A stretch of DNA of 64,000 bases from IMG/VR virus record IMGVR_UViG_3300038345_000393; one strand, 5' to 3'. Origin of the DNA: an uncultured virus (IMG/VR IMGVR_UViG_3300038345_000393). Its lineage: Duplodnaviria > Heunggongvirae > Uroviricota > Caudoviricetes. The position numbers and the translations under genes were made by a program. The notes under the pieces were generated by a model. That model ran no database searches and had not been told where the DNA came from. It was given only the letters and a program-made list of their open reading frames with translations. Within the stretch, counting starts at the first letter, position 1. Every line of letters starts with the position of its first letter. Shown here in pieces: positions 39,444 to 48,387 of the stretch.

Positions 39444-40916
39444 TTATTTTTCAGAATGTTTAATCACAGGACATCCGTGTTTTGTAGACTCTTCACTGAT
39501 GATTCCTTCTAATTGAAGGCGGAGGAAATATCTACCCGCGCGATTAAAACCAACAGCGCATTCTCTTTGAATACGAGATATAGACATAAAGTCTTGAGTC
39601 ATAACCCAACTCTTAATGTCTTGATAACGATTTTCTTCTGCGTCATCTTTGAATACTTGTTCAACTAATTCTTTTTCAGAAAGCTTTTTTATCTTTTTAA
39701 TTTCTAAATCTAAATCATCACACTTCTTGTCTTTTATCATATAAGTGGTTTTATATTCGTTTTTAAGAATATCCACTACTTGATTAATTTCGGTTCTATA
39801 AACGAATGATCCTTGCAAACGGGTTAAACCTAATTTAGATAAGAGAGGAGATTGGACCAACATATCACCTCTACCAGCAAGTTTCTCTGCTCCTGGCTCA
39901 CCAATAATGACCATACTATCCGTAGCATTTGGCATCATTAAAGCAATATGAGTTGGTAAATTGGCTTTTAATACACCAGTAATAACACTAGTTGATGGTC
40001 GTTGTGTGGCTAAAATGATATGAATACCTGCTGCTCTAGCTTTTTGGGCTAAAGAGATAACAGGATTAGCAATATCTTTATTAGTGTCCACTAAGTCAGC
40101 GTATTCATCGATAATGATAACGATATAAGGGAGTCTTTCTAATCCATTAATAGAAGCTTCTTCGTTATATTCTTGTAAGTTGCAGCAATTTGTTTCATAA
40201 AACTTTTCATAGCGATCATTCATTTCTTCTTCTAACGCTAATAATGTTTTATAGGCAGTATCTACATCTCTAACAATTGGTGCATATAGATGAGGCATGT
40301 CGTTAAAGCGATTAAGTTCTATTTGTTTAGGATCAAATAAGACCAACCTAATATCATTAGGCTTATTACGCATAACCAATGACATAATGACTGATTTAAT
40401 AAAGAGCGACTTACCACTACCAGTTGTACCACTCACTAAGATATGAGGAGCATCATCTAAATTAATCCAGATTGGTTCATTAGTGACTTTTGCGCCTAAA
40501 GGTATGGCTAAAGGATATTTCTTAGTGTCAGGTAAGGCTTCAAATAAAGATTTAAAACTAACTGTTGTGCACACTTTATTTTCAACTTCTAAGCCAACGT
40601 TATACATACCTTTGCTAGTTAAATCTAATCTAACTGGTACACCACCTAATCTAACTTGGATATCGGTAATTAAGTTAGCGATTGTTCTAGTGGAAACGTT
40701 TTTGCCTAAATGCAAAGAGAAACGTGTTGTTGTTGGTCCAACAATATGACCAGTAATAACAGCATCCACTCCAAAATCTAAAAAGGTATTGTTAATTACT
40801 TCTTTAATTTCATCAGCGTAATTTAAGTTAATGCTTATTTGTTCACTTGTTTCGTATTCATTTAAGATATCACTATCGATAAGTGAATTATTCTTTAAAA
40901 CGGTTTCTTTTTCCAT
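39444..40916 (-). CDS. ftsK: FtsK/SpoIIIE DNA translocase (alpha/beta/gamma domains, no TM domain)
   Basis: PHILVSGTTGSGKS, IIDEYAD, ATQRP, GRGDML, gamma domain SISRIQRECAVGFNRAGR. Confidence 0.9.
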   Translation of the reverse strand: MEKETVLKNNSLIDSDILNEYETSEQISINLNYADEIKEVINNTFLDFGVDAVITGHIVGPTTTRFSLHLGKNVSTRTIANLITDIQVRLGGVPVRLDLTSKGMYNVGLEVENKVCTTVSFKSLFEALPDTKKYPLAIPLGAKVTNEPIWINLDDAPHILVSGTTGSGKSLFIKSVIMSLVMRNKPNDIRLVLFDPKQIELNRFNDMPHLYAPIVRDVDTAYKTLLALEEEMNDRYEKFYETNCCNLQEYNEEASINGLERLPYIVIIIDEYADLVDTNKDIANPVISLAQKARAAGIHIILATQRPSTSVITGVLKANLPTHIALMMPNATDSMVIIGEPGAEKLAGRGDMLVQSPLLSKLGLTRLQGSFVYRTEINQVVDILKNEYKTTYMIKDKKCDDLDLEIKKIKKLSEKELVEQVFKDDAEENRYQDIKSWVMTQDFMSISRIQRECAVGFNRAGRYFLRLQLEGIISEESTKHGCPVIKHSEK

Positions 40917-41031
40917 ACAAAGTCTCCTCTATAAATGTGTGTAAGTAAATCAAATTATAAAAATAAAAAAGATGGGCAAATGCTCTCAAAGAACAAATGC
41001 CCACACTTTTGAACATTTTTAACTACTAGGG

Positions 41032-41613
41032 CTAATGAAGACCAATTTTATAACTCAGCAAATCAGCTTCCTTGCAATTAGCATCTAAACGATCTGTATC
41101 AAAAAGATAAAGAAGAAAACGAGGAAACACATAATCAAAGATTATTTGAGGAGAAAATTTTGCAATTAAATCATCAGGTCCAAGGGCTATGAAATCTTCA
41201 TATTTTTCTTTTGGACAATATTCAAATGGAATATAAACTTTAAAATAATCTCCACTATATCTGTCAACAAACACATCAAATAAATAGCCTGTTGATTCTT
41301 TGAAAGTTCGTAATAAATTATTTAAGAACGCTCTAAAAATAGGGGCAAAGCTTTGATAGTTGTCTTTGTTTCGATAAGGACAGTAATGTTTTAAATCTTG
41401 TTCCTTACAAATTCTTAAAAATTTATCCACTGCTTCATTAATTTTTGAATTAGATATACCGTAATCATCAACAAGAATAGGCTTGATAGCAATCTTGTTC
41501 ATCATCAAACTGGTAAGTTGAATATCAAAATCATTATTTCTTATAACCACTTCGTTCTTATCGTCGAATTCCCAACGGATGTAATAAGTTACAATATTAT
41601 TTTTTATTGCCAT
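41032..41613 (-). CDS. hypothetical protein
   Basis: 193-aa ORF with GGAG RBS. Confidence 0.6.
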   Translation of the reverse strand: MAIKNNIVTYYIRWEFDDKNEVVIRNNDFDIQLTSLMMNKIAIKPILVDDYGISNSKINEAVDKFLRICKEQDLKHYCPYRNKDNYQSFAPIFRAFLNNLLRTFKESTGYLFDVFVDRYSGDYFKVYIPFEYCPKEKYEDFIALGPDDLIAKFSPQIIFDYVFPRFLLYLFDTDRLDANCKEADLLSYKIGLH

Positions 41614-41682
41614 GATAAGATTCTCCTAAAGATATTTCCATTTTACATAACTATTCTTTTTAATACTAGTCGCTAAACCTTT

Positions 41683-41962
41683 CTATTTTTCGCTTAAGTT
41701 ATCACTACTATCGTTTACTTGTTCTCTTTTTATAATTGAAAACGGAACCCTTGCCTTTTTAAGAGCGAACACTCATGGTAAGCCAATCAATAAAGCAGAT
41801 GCTAAGTTAGTTCCCGACGCCACTAAACCTTCAATAAGCACTATATCATATGGTTCTTGATAAAAGAACATATCGCCAATTGGAGCGATTAAAACCCAAC
41901 ATATCGCGCCACCTAAAATAGCAAATAAGCAAAAGATAAGGATTATATGAGGACAATAAACG
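41683..41962 (-). pseudogene. 3' fragment of an ECF-transporter S-component-like (UPF0397) gene
   Basis: Frame reads ...AICWVLIAPIGDMFFYQEPYDIVLIEGLVASGTN...IGLP*VFALKK; no start, internal TGA at 41773-41775. Confidence 0.55.
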
Positions 41963-41966
41963 GGTT

Positions 41967-43361
41967 TTATTTGCTTGTTTTTGTAGCTTCTTTAATCATG
42001 TTTATTAATTTCTCTAATTCTGGATCGTCTTTAATCTTTTCAGCTTCTTTCAAAGATAGAACTTGCGGTTTGAATCTGCTTTTATCAGACGTAATTTTAA
42101 GCAGCAAAAGATTATGATAAACAAAATCGTGGTTAACAATTATCTTGTCAAAATGCTCTAAAAGATCACTGATGTATAACGGTTTTCTTCTTCTAGAACT
42201 ACACATGCAGGCCATAACAGTAATCCCACCACCAGCCATAAATGCCTTTTTATTTGGTTCTACAATAACCGCAACAGGTGGATACACATGTTTTGTACAA
42301 TTGGCTAAATCGTTGGTGTCTTTATATTTCAAAGAAACAAGCTTCTTTGCCAAAGTCTCAACTTCCTCTCTTGTTTTAAAAGCAAGAGGTATCAAATTGT
42401 TGCTTAATAACGGATAACAATTATAAATTTTTAGCGTGTAAAGCAATCTTTTAAGAATTGAAACATGATCCCATTTTCTGCCTTTTTTCTCTCCAACCAA
42501 ATAACTAGGTAAGTGTTCTGAATATCCTAACTTACGAACAGTATCAAAAACTTTGTGTTTGTAAGAGATTGTTCCTTCTGCTTTTAATTTGAAATTAAAT
42601 ATATTAAAAATAGTATCGAGGTTTTGATTGATAACATTTAAATAGAAAAAGCCACTTCTTTCACTCGAATGAAAATATGAATGAATTCTCTTCAGATAAG
42701 ATTTCATTCTCATCTGAGAAACATTGTTGTTATTTGCATCCGATATACTGTCTGGTTCTTTGCGACAATTGTCACTGTTTATTAAATAAATATTCGTGTT
42801 AATGACGTTATCTAATTCATTTCTGATTTTGACTATTTTGTTAAGTTGTTTGTAAACGGCGTCTAATGTATCTTCATTTTTTGCAATGCTTCTCTTTATC
42901 GAATTAGAAAGAGTCTTTTCAATATAATCCTTTGTGGATAAAAAGTACGAGTCTGTATAATCAACAATATTCTTAACCAGGAAATATTCCTCTTTTAGTG
43001 CATCAAACGATAAAGTTTTCACATAACTGTAATAATGTTCTGTGCTTTTCTCGGCAACAAAATAAGGTTCCTCTCTCTGGTCAGCAATTTTGACATATTC
43101 TTTTAATTCTTTAACGTTTTTGAAAAGTCTATAATTCTTATTTCGCAAATAACTAATTTCATAAGCGCAAGCCATTGACATTAAATGGCCGCCTAAATGC
43201 CTGTCATCAATACAGATTTGACATAAATCGCTGATTTCATTAAGGAACATATCAGGATGCATCAAAGGCAAATTATGATCCTGCGCCAATTTAACAACAT
43301 CAGCTTTTTCTTTTTGTTTAATATGTAAAATCACATACAAACGATTATTAAATAGTTTCAT
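41967..43361 (-). CDS. hypothetical protein with two MAC-motif segments
   Basis: 464-aa ORF overlapping the LRR gene. Confidence 0.65.
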   Translation of the reverse strand: MKLFNNRLYVILHIKQKEKADVVKLAQDHNLPLMHPDMFLNEISDLCQICIDDRHLGGHLMSMACAYEISYLRNKNYRLFKNVKELKEYVKIADQREEPYFVAEKSTEHYYSYVKTLSFDALKEEYFLVKNIVDYTDSYFLSTKDYIEKTLSNSIKRSIAKNEDTLDAVYKQLNKIVKIRNELDNVINTNIYLINSDNCRKEPDSISDANNNNVSQMRMKSYLKRIHSYFHSSERSGFFYLNVINQNLDTIFNIFNFKLKAEGTISYKHKVFDTVRKLGYSEHLPSYLVGEKKGRKWDHVSILKRLLYTLKIYNCYPLLSNNLIPLAFKTREEVETLAKKLVSLKYKDTNDLANCTKHVYPPVAVIVEPNKKAFMAGGGITVMACMCSSRRRKPLYISDLLEHFDKIIVNHDFVYHNLLLLKITSDKSRFKPQVLSLKEAEKIKDDPELEKLINMIKEATKTSK

Positions 43362-44202
43362 CTTTTTTCTCCTTGCTTACAGTTTTGTATTTAGTTACTG
43401 GAACTACGTGCCCATCAAAAACACAATATCTATCCGTTCCATATTCTTCAGGAAGAAGTATCTTCATGTTTTTATAAGGTTCCTTAATATAGACAAGAAA
43501 ATAAGGGTGATCTGTCACGAATAAAGATGTGTCCTTATAATTAACCATATTAGGAAGTTTGATTGTCATATCTGGATTTTGACAAAAAGAAAAATGATCA
43601 AGCTCCACAATATGCCTGCAGTATTCATATGGTGCGCCACGTGGGACTGTCTCTAAAATTTCAACGTTCTTAATATTGCTTCTATCAAAACAGCGACACG
43701 GAATCAGCTCGATGGTACGTCCAACTTTAAACTCTTCAATTGTGCAACATTGAAAAGCGCCATCACCAAGATGCTCAGCATTCTTAAAATCAATTGTTTT
43801 TAAATGCCCACCGCACATAAAAGCATACGAGCCTATTGATTTCAAACTCTCTGGGAAATCTAATCTATTAAATTTGCAAAACCCAAAAGCATATGCATCA
43901 ATAACTATCAGATTATCTGGGAATGTAATCTCTTCTAATGAAGCACCAAAGAAACATCTAAAAGGAATGTGAGTCATTCTTGGCAGTTTGATGTATTTAA
44001 GAGAATGACATGCAGAAAAGCACTCGTATCCCATTTCAACAGTATCGCCTTCAAAAATAATATTATTTAACTTAGTGCAATGGAAAAATGCACGATTTCC
44101 TATGTATTTTACCTTTTGTGAAAAAACAACTTCTTGTATTTCACTGAGTGCATATTCGTTATCTAAAACAGTTTCTTTATTGATATAAATGGATTCATCC
44201 AT
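43348..44202 (-). CDS. BspA/LRR_5 leucine-rich repeat protein
   Basis: IGNRAFFHCTKL, FPESLKSIGSYAF, LGDGAFQCC repeats. Confidence 0.85.
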   Translation of the reverse strand: MDESIYINKETVLDNEYALSEIQEVVFSQKVKYIGNRAFFHCTKLNNIIFEGDTVEMGYECFSACHSLKYIKLPRMTHIPFRCFFGASLEEITFPDNLIVIDAYAFGFCKFNRLDFPESLKSIGSYAFMCGGHLKTIDFKNAEHLGDGAFQCCTIEEFKVGRTIELIPCRCFDRSNIKNVEILETVPRGAPYEYCRHIVELDHFSFCQNPDMTIKLPNMVNYKDTSLFVTDHPYFLVYIKEPYKNMKILLPEEYGTDRYCVFDGHVVPVTKYKTVSKEKKDETI

Positions 44203-44268
44203 TGCTTTCGCCCTTTCGATTCTTGATTATTTGTTTTAATTGTTCGGCTTTATTCATATCGATTCGTC

Positions 44269-44619
44269 TCAATGATCATTCCTACTGATAATTCTTAGCG
44301 TGCCAACTTCGTACGAGGGACCGTTACGAATAATTTGTTTATAAATATCCGTTTGTTTAAACTCTTCAAAATCATTTACTCGGATAAAATGGCTTCTTGC
44401 TTTGCAAAGGCACATTGCTGATAACCATCCATAGCCATCAATGCCAATTCCCAATCTCTTCGATTGAATAGACCCATCTTTATTAGGGTGTTCTACTAAG
44501 TCTTTATTTAAGAGCGGTGAAGCGTAGTGATTAGGAAAAAACTCTTCTAGAAATTCTTTCCATTTCTTTTCGTCTTCCTTTGTCTTAATATGCACAAAGG
44601 CTTCTTTCCAATTTTCCAT
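44269..44619 (-). CDS. hypothetical protein, first gene after the SAM riboswitch (start re-called to 44619)
   Basis: AGGAGG RBS before MENWKEAF; the longer ORF-track start lies inside the riboswitch expression platform. Confidence 0.7.
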   Translation of the reverse strand: MENWKEAFVHIKTKEDEKKWKEFLEEFFPNHYASPLLNKDLVEHPNKDGSIQSKRLGIGIDGYGWLSAMCLCKARSHFIRVNDFEEFKQTDIYKQIIRNGPSYEVGTLRIISRNDH

Positions 44620-44652
44620 ATAATCCTCCTTAACACCCATAAAGAGGAAATT

Positions 44653-44679
44653 AAAAACTCCCATCGTTACGATAGGAGT
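44653..44679 (-). terminator. riboswitch-controlled intrinsic terminator
   Basis: ACTCCTATCG-TAA-CGATGGGAGT followed by TTTT on - strand. Confidence 0.8.
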
Positions 44680-44696
44680 AAAGTCCAAATTTATTT

Positions 44697-44789
44697 ATTC
44701 CCATCGTTCAAGCTTTAGCACCTTACTACGATTTAGCAGGTTGCTGGTGGATCTCTGGGCTTGTCCCTAACCACTCTCTTTATGGATAT
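44697..44789 (-). promoter_or_regulatory. SAM-I (S-box) riboswitch, short-P4 variant
   Basis: - strand: CCATAAAGAG-AGTGGTTAGGGACAAGCCC-AGAGATCCAC-CAGCAACC...AAGGTGCTAA...GATGG follows the SAM-I layout. Confidence 0.88.
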
Positions 44790-44888
44790 GACACAATATT
44801 AGATTGTTTGATTGATAAAATAAAGTTTTTTAAGTGAATGTCAGCACTTTTGGACACTAAAAACCTTTATACAGTGTCTAGTAAAATG

Positions 44889-44917
44889 TTCACAAATGAC
44901 GACATTTTTGCTATAAT
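44889..44917 (+). promoter_or_regulatory. sigma70/sigmaA promoter of the WYL-like gene
   Basis: TTCACA-17 nt-TATAAT with extended -10 TG. Confidence 0.7.
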
Positions 44918-44994
44918 ATATACGCTCGAATGTGTACGAGATAATGTATTAGACGAATAACAAAAACTTACTTAAATTAAGGAGGATTATTTTA

Positions 44995-46266
44995 ATGGCC
45001 AAAGAAAACGCTCATAACGGTAAACAAGTCAACGCGACAAGATTAGAACTTTTTATCGCTTTACAATACTTATTAGAAAAGTGTCCAGATAAAGAACACA
45101 CTTCTAAAACTATTGATCTTCAACAATACGCTGAAGATAAATTTAATGTCCTTTTAGATAGAAGAAGAGTTAATGATATCTTCGCTAGTTTAATGGATTT
45201 CACCACTAAACATCCTAAGGTTTTGCCATATGTTATTAAACAAGTGGAAGATAAACCACGCTATTACATTAAAAAGACATTATTTAGTAATAAAGAAATT
45301 GAATCTATCGCTAAAGCCATTCAAAACGATACCTCTATTTCCACTTCAAAAGCGGAAAAATACGCTGATGCATTTTTAAATGTCGCTTGTAATGAAGCGG
45401 ATAAAGAAAAGATTAATAAAAAACTTAAGAAAAGCGAGATGCGTAAATTAAGAGTTAGTGACTTTGAAATGAAAGTCAAAGAAAACTACGAATACTTAAG
45501 AGATATGCAAATGCGCTTCTACTTTAAGTTTAAAAGAGTGGTCAAACGCACTGATTGCACTGATTATCAGACATTTAAACTTCTTTCTGAAACGGAAAGA
45601 AATAAAGAACACGCTGGTATTGTTTTTGAAGTTTACACTGTTAAAAAACAAACTGATGTTTGTATCTATTTACCAGATATGAAACAAGCGGTCATCGCTC
45701 ATATGGAAGATATTGAGCTCAATACCGCTTTTGAACCAGTCCCTCAACTTAATACAGTGAGTTTCTATATTGGTGAGGAGATTACTCTAAGTGACTGGGT
45801 TAATAATTATTACAAAGGTTCAACTGGACAAACTTATCCAATTAGATTTGCCTTCCCTGCTGGTTTAGATAACACCATCTTAAGAAAGCACCTTAAATCT
45901 TTTGAAGCATTCTTTAATGAACAATTAAAGTATGAAATCAAAGAAAGAAAAGTTAAAAAAGAATTATCAGATGGTAGAACCGAAGAAGCCGTTGTTAATG
46001 AAGTGTTTGCCACCACTAAACATAACTATGAATCATTTAGAAAATGGTTCTGGGAAAGTGAAAGTAAACCATATGAAACTGTTGTAGTTCTCTTCCCATC
46101 CGCCTTCAATGATCGTTTATTAGGCCCTATCACTCGTCGTTTCCAAGCGGTTATTGATAACTTTGGCTTTAACAGTGAGCACGGTAAAACCGAAAGAGAA
46201 GTCTTTGAAAAACGAATCGCTGAACTTAAAAAGAAAAAGGAGGCCGGAGCCTCCAATCCTAATTAA
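44995..46266 (+). CDS. WYL-family-like transcriptional regulator (divergent)
   Basis: N-terminal wHTH RLELFIALQYLLE...EH...DRRRVNDIFASL and FSNKEIESIAKAIQ...IS typical of wHTH-WYL proteins. Confidence 0.65.
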   Translation: MAKENAHNGKQVNATRLELFIALQYLLEKCPDKEHTSKTIDLQQYAEDKFNVLLDRRRVNDIFASLMDFTTKHPKVLPYVIKQVEDKPRYYIKKTLFSNKEIESIAKAIQNDTSISTSKAEKYADAFLNVACNEADKEKINKKLKKSEMRKLRVSDFEMKVKENYEYLRDMQMRFYFKFKRVVKRTDCTDYQTFKLLSETERNKEHAGIVFEVYTVKKQTDVCIYLPDMKQAVIAHMEDIELNTAFEPVPQLNTVSFYIGEEITLSDWVNNYYKGSTGQTYPIRFAFPAGLDNTILRKHLKSFEAFFNEQLKYEIKERKVKKELSDGRTEEAVVNEVFATTKHNYESFRKWFWESESKPYETVVVLFPSAFNDRLLGPITRRFQAVIDNFGFNSEHGKTEREVFEKRIAELKKKKEAGASNPN

Positions 46267-46918
46267 AGATAATCTTTCTATCGCGATAATTAACGCAGCA
46301 TTCTTTCTCAAAGAGTGTCGTGATATTACCGACCATATAGATATTAGATATCATAGATGCCACTTGAACGTTGTTACAAACATCGATCTGGCATCTTTTA
46401 TTTTTGATAGTAATTTCAGTGTGATAAATAGAAGAATGTAAATCCCCTAAAGTTGGATTATAGTCATCTACTTCACTATATGGAGTTAAACCAACGAACA
46501 CTGATCTATTACCATATGCATATCTAGCCCCTGTATCAACAAGAAAGAGTTTACTTTCATTAACATTAATGATGGGGGCGATATTAAAGCCCACCATTGG
46601 ACAAGTAATGCCCCTAATATCACTTGAAGCAAAGTCGATACGACCACCTTCTTCGCTATCTTTATAAATTGTAAAGCCAGTTTCACCAAAGACATCTAAA
46701 CCTAATAAGCCATCCACTGGATAGCCCACTAATTTATGAGTCTTTTTAATATCAAAGCGATATCCAGGAGCGCTTAATGCGTGATAGATGTCGTTTACCT
46801 TAACCATATTTAAATCGCTTCTAAAAGTGATGGAATATGGATAACCTGTATCAAGAATGTAATGTTTGTTATCGATTTCAACGATGTAGTGATTGTTTAA
46901 GAGTCTGTAATTATACAT
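46259..46918 (-). CDS. clan AA (retropepsin-like) aspartic protease with two DTG motifs
   Basis: YILDTG...DGLLG and FLVDTG...MVG. Confidence 0.7.
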   Translation of the reverse strand: MYNYRLLNNHYIVEIDNKHYILDTGYPYSITFRSDLNMVKVNDIYHALSAPGYRFDIKKTHKLVGYPVDGLLGLDVFGETGFTIYKDSEEGGRIDFASSDIRGITCPMVGFNIAPIINVNESKLFLVDTGARYAYGNRSVFVGLTPYSEVDDYNPTLGDLHSSIYHTEITIKNKRCQIDVCNNVQVASMISNIYMVGNITTLFEKECCVNYRDRKIIFN

Positions 46919-46919
46919 A

Positions 46920-47513
46920 TTAAATACCTACCTTACTTGTGACATAGATGAGAAGATAATTGTTTAAAACATTAATCTCTTCTCTAGGACCATCTCTTCT
47001 TTCATTAAAGATGATTTCAAAATCATTATTTGGAACGCGCTTAGGTGAAACAGCGCACACGATTTTATCGTATTTACCCACTAAACGTTTACTTGGAATG
47101 CCTTTCGCTCTCGCACATAATCTAAATCTTTTTAAATATTCTTCTGATATGAAGCTCGCTAATTTAGTTAAATAGAGGAGTTCTTCAGGGTCAGCATAAA
47201 CAATATCGATACCAAGTCTTAAAGCATCGTTAAATAAGATATCTTTACTATGCTGTTTAGAAAGTAATTTATCGTAGTTATATTCAGGACGAACTGCCTT
47301 GTTGATGAACAAAGAATCCATCACAGATAAACTTGGAAAGTAGAATTTAACTTTTTCATCTAATTCTTGAATTAAGTTAACCGCGAAAGCGACATATTGA
47401 TTCCAGCCTCTTTCTTCAAAGAGTTCTAATTCTTCATTGATTCTATCTAATTCTTCTTTTGAATTAGGAAGAGTTAAAACTCTTTCTTTAATTTGTTCAA
47501 ATGTCTGTTTCAT
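46920..47513 (-). CDS. protein resembling a fragment of DNA Pol III alpha (start re-called to 47513)
   Basis: DRINEELELFEERGWNQYVAFAVNLI parallels the DnaE/PolC RLxxELxxIxxxGFxxYFL helix; GGAGG RBS. Confidence 0.45.
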   Translation of the reverse strand: MKQTFEQIKERVLTLPNSKEELDRINEELELFEERGWNQYVAFAVNLIQELDEKVKFYFPSLSVMDSLFINKAVRPEYNYDKLLSKQHSKDILFNDALRLGIDIVYADPEELLYLTKLASFISEEYLKRFRLCARAKGIPSKRLVGKYDKIVCAVSPKRVPNNDFEIIFNERRDGPREEINVLNNYLLIYVTSKVGI

Positions 47514-47652
47514 ATTTCTTCCTCCTTTTATAACTACCTTTACCCTTTTTGGGTTTATAAATGTTGGCCCTAGTTGTCTTTTGGACTTCAAAGTGCATCT
47601 TATTGGGTAATTTAGTTTGATCCACTTTGACTTTGATTACTTCTTTCTTCAT
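47497..47652 (-). CDS. 51-aa ArfA-like peptide (not in ORF track)
   Basis: MKKEVIKVKVDQTKLPNKMHFEVQKTTRANIYKPKKGKGSYKRRKKYETDI; GAGG RBS; KKGKGSYxR motif. Confidence 0.65.
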   Translation of the reverse strand: MKKEVIKVKVDQTKLPNKMHFEVQKTTRANIYKPKKGKGSYKRRKKYETDI

Positions 47653-47661
47653 AAGCCCCTC

Positions 47662-48084
47662 CTACTTTAATTCACATAGTTCTTTATATACTTTGTTATA
47701 GACAAATTGATTAGGCGTGTATTTATAATTAGCGAATACGTTAATGCCTTTATGAGCGTATCTTTCTAAGATAGCCGCGGCTAAACCTGCACTTCTTGAG
47801 ATACCATAGTCACATTGACAAATAATATCTTTTCCTTCTTTTACCTTTTGATGAACGTATTTAGCGATATCTTTAGCTTCAGGAAGAATGGAATCGTAAT
47901 GCTCTTTAACTGTGGTATATGGTCTAATGTCATAAAAAACTACTTTAAAGACATCAGTGCCTTTAGGAAAATCTAAGAATTCATCTTCTTCATCAGCGAA
48001 AGACACTATTGCAGTGTTCTTAGGTAAGGCATTCTTTTCGAACAAGCGATATAAATGCGCTTTAGATAAGATTGTTATTTTCAT
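47662..48084 (-). CDS. PTP/dual-specificity phosphatase-like protein
   Basis: CX5R loop CDYGISRS and C-terminal PNQFVY. Confidence 0.85.
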   Translation of the reverse strand: MKITILSKAHLYRLFEKNALPKNTAIVSFADEEDEFLDFPKGTDVFKVVFYDIRPYTTVKEHYDSILPEAKDIAKYVHQKVKEGKDIICQCDYGISRSAGLAAAILERYAHKGINVFANYKYTPNQFVYNKVYKELCELK

Positions 48085-48099
48085 AAGATTCTCCTTTAT

Positions 48100-48378
48100 A
48101 AAGGGATATAGACTAACCGTACCATCTATATCAATTTGGTTTTTATTAGTGAGTAATAAATTAAGGAACTTTCATATAACTCACATAATCTGTAGCCTCG
48201 TAAGGCTATTATGACTCCCACTACCGACGCGCAGTCGTAGGTATTAACCTTATAACCGAACATACATAATCCACCACGTAATCTTGCCTTAAAAATCGGC
48301 CGATCCTCATGCTTATGCATGCCACTTCCCTTATGAATAGGGAAACACTAATCTATATGGTCACTAACCGGGTTTAAT
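48100..48378 (-). ncRNA. candidate ~280-nt structured RNA downstream of the coiled-coil gene
   Basis: Series of hairpins, CGGTTAGT at both ends, three GATTA(C/T)GT repeats. Confidence 0.6.
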
Positions 48379-48387
48379 TATTAATTA

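Noticed and set aside
41773..41775. In-frame TGA suggesting genetic code 4
   Set aside because: Long genes of 800-1089 aa are open under code 11 and use TGG for Trp; better explained as a pseudogene nonsense codon
48126..48320. 64-aa ORF inside the 48-kb intergenic region
   Set aside because: No RBS; the region is dominated by hairpins and repeats consistent with RNA structure
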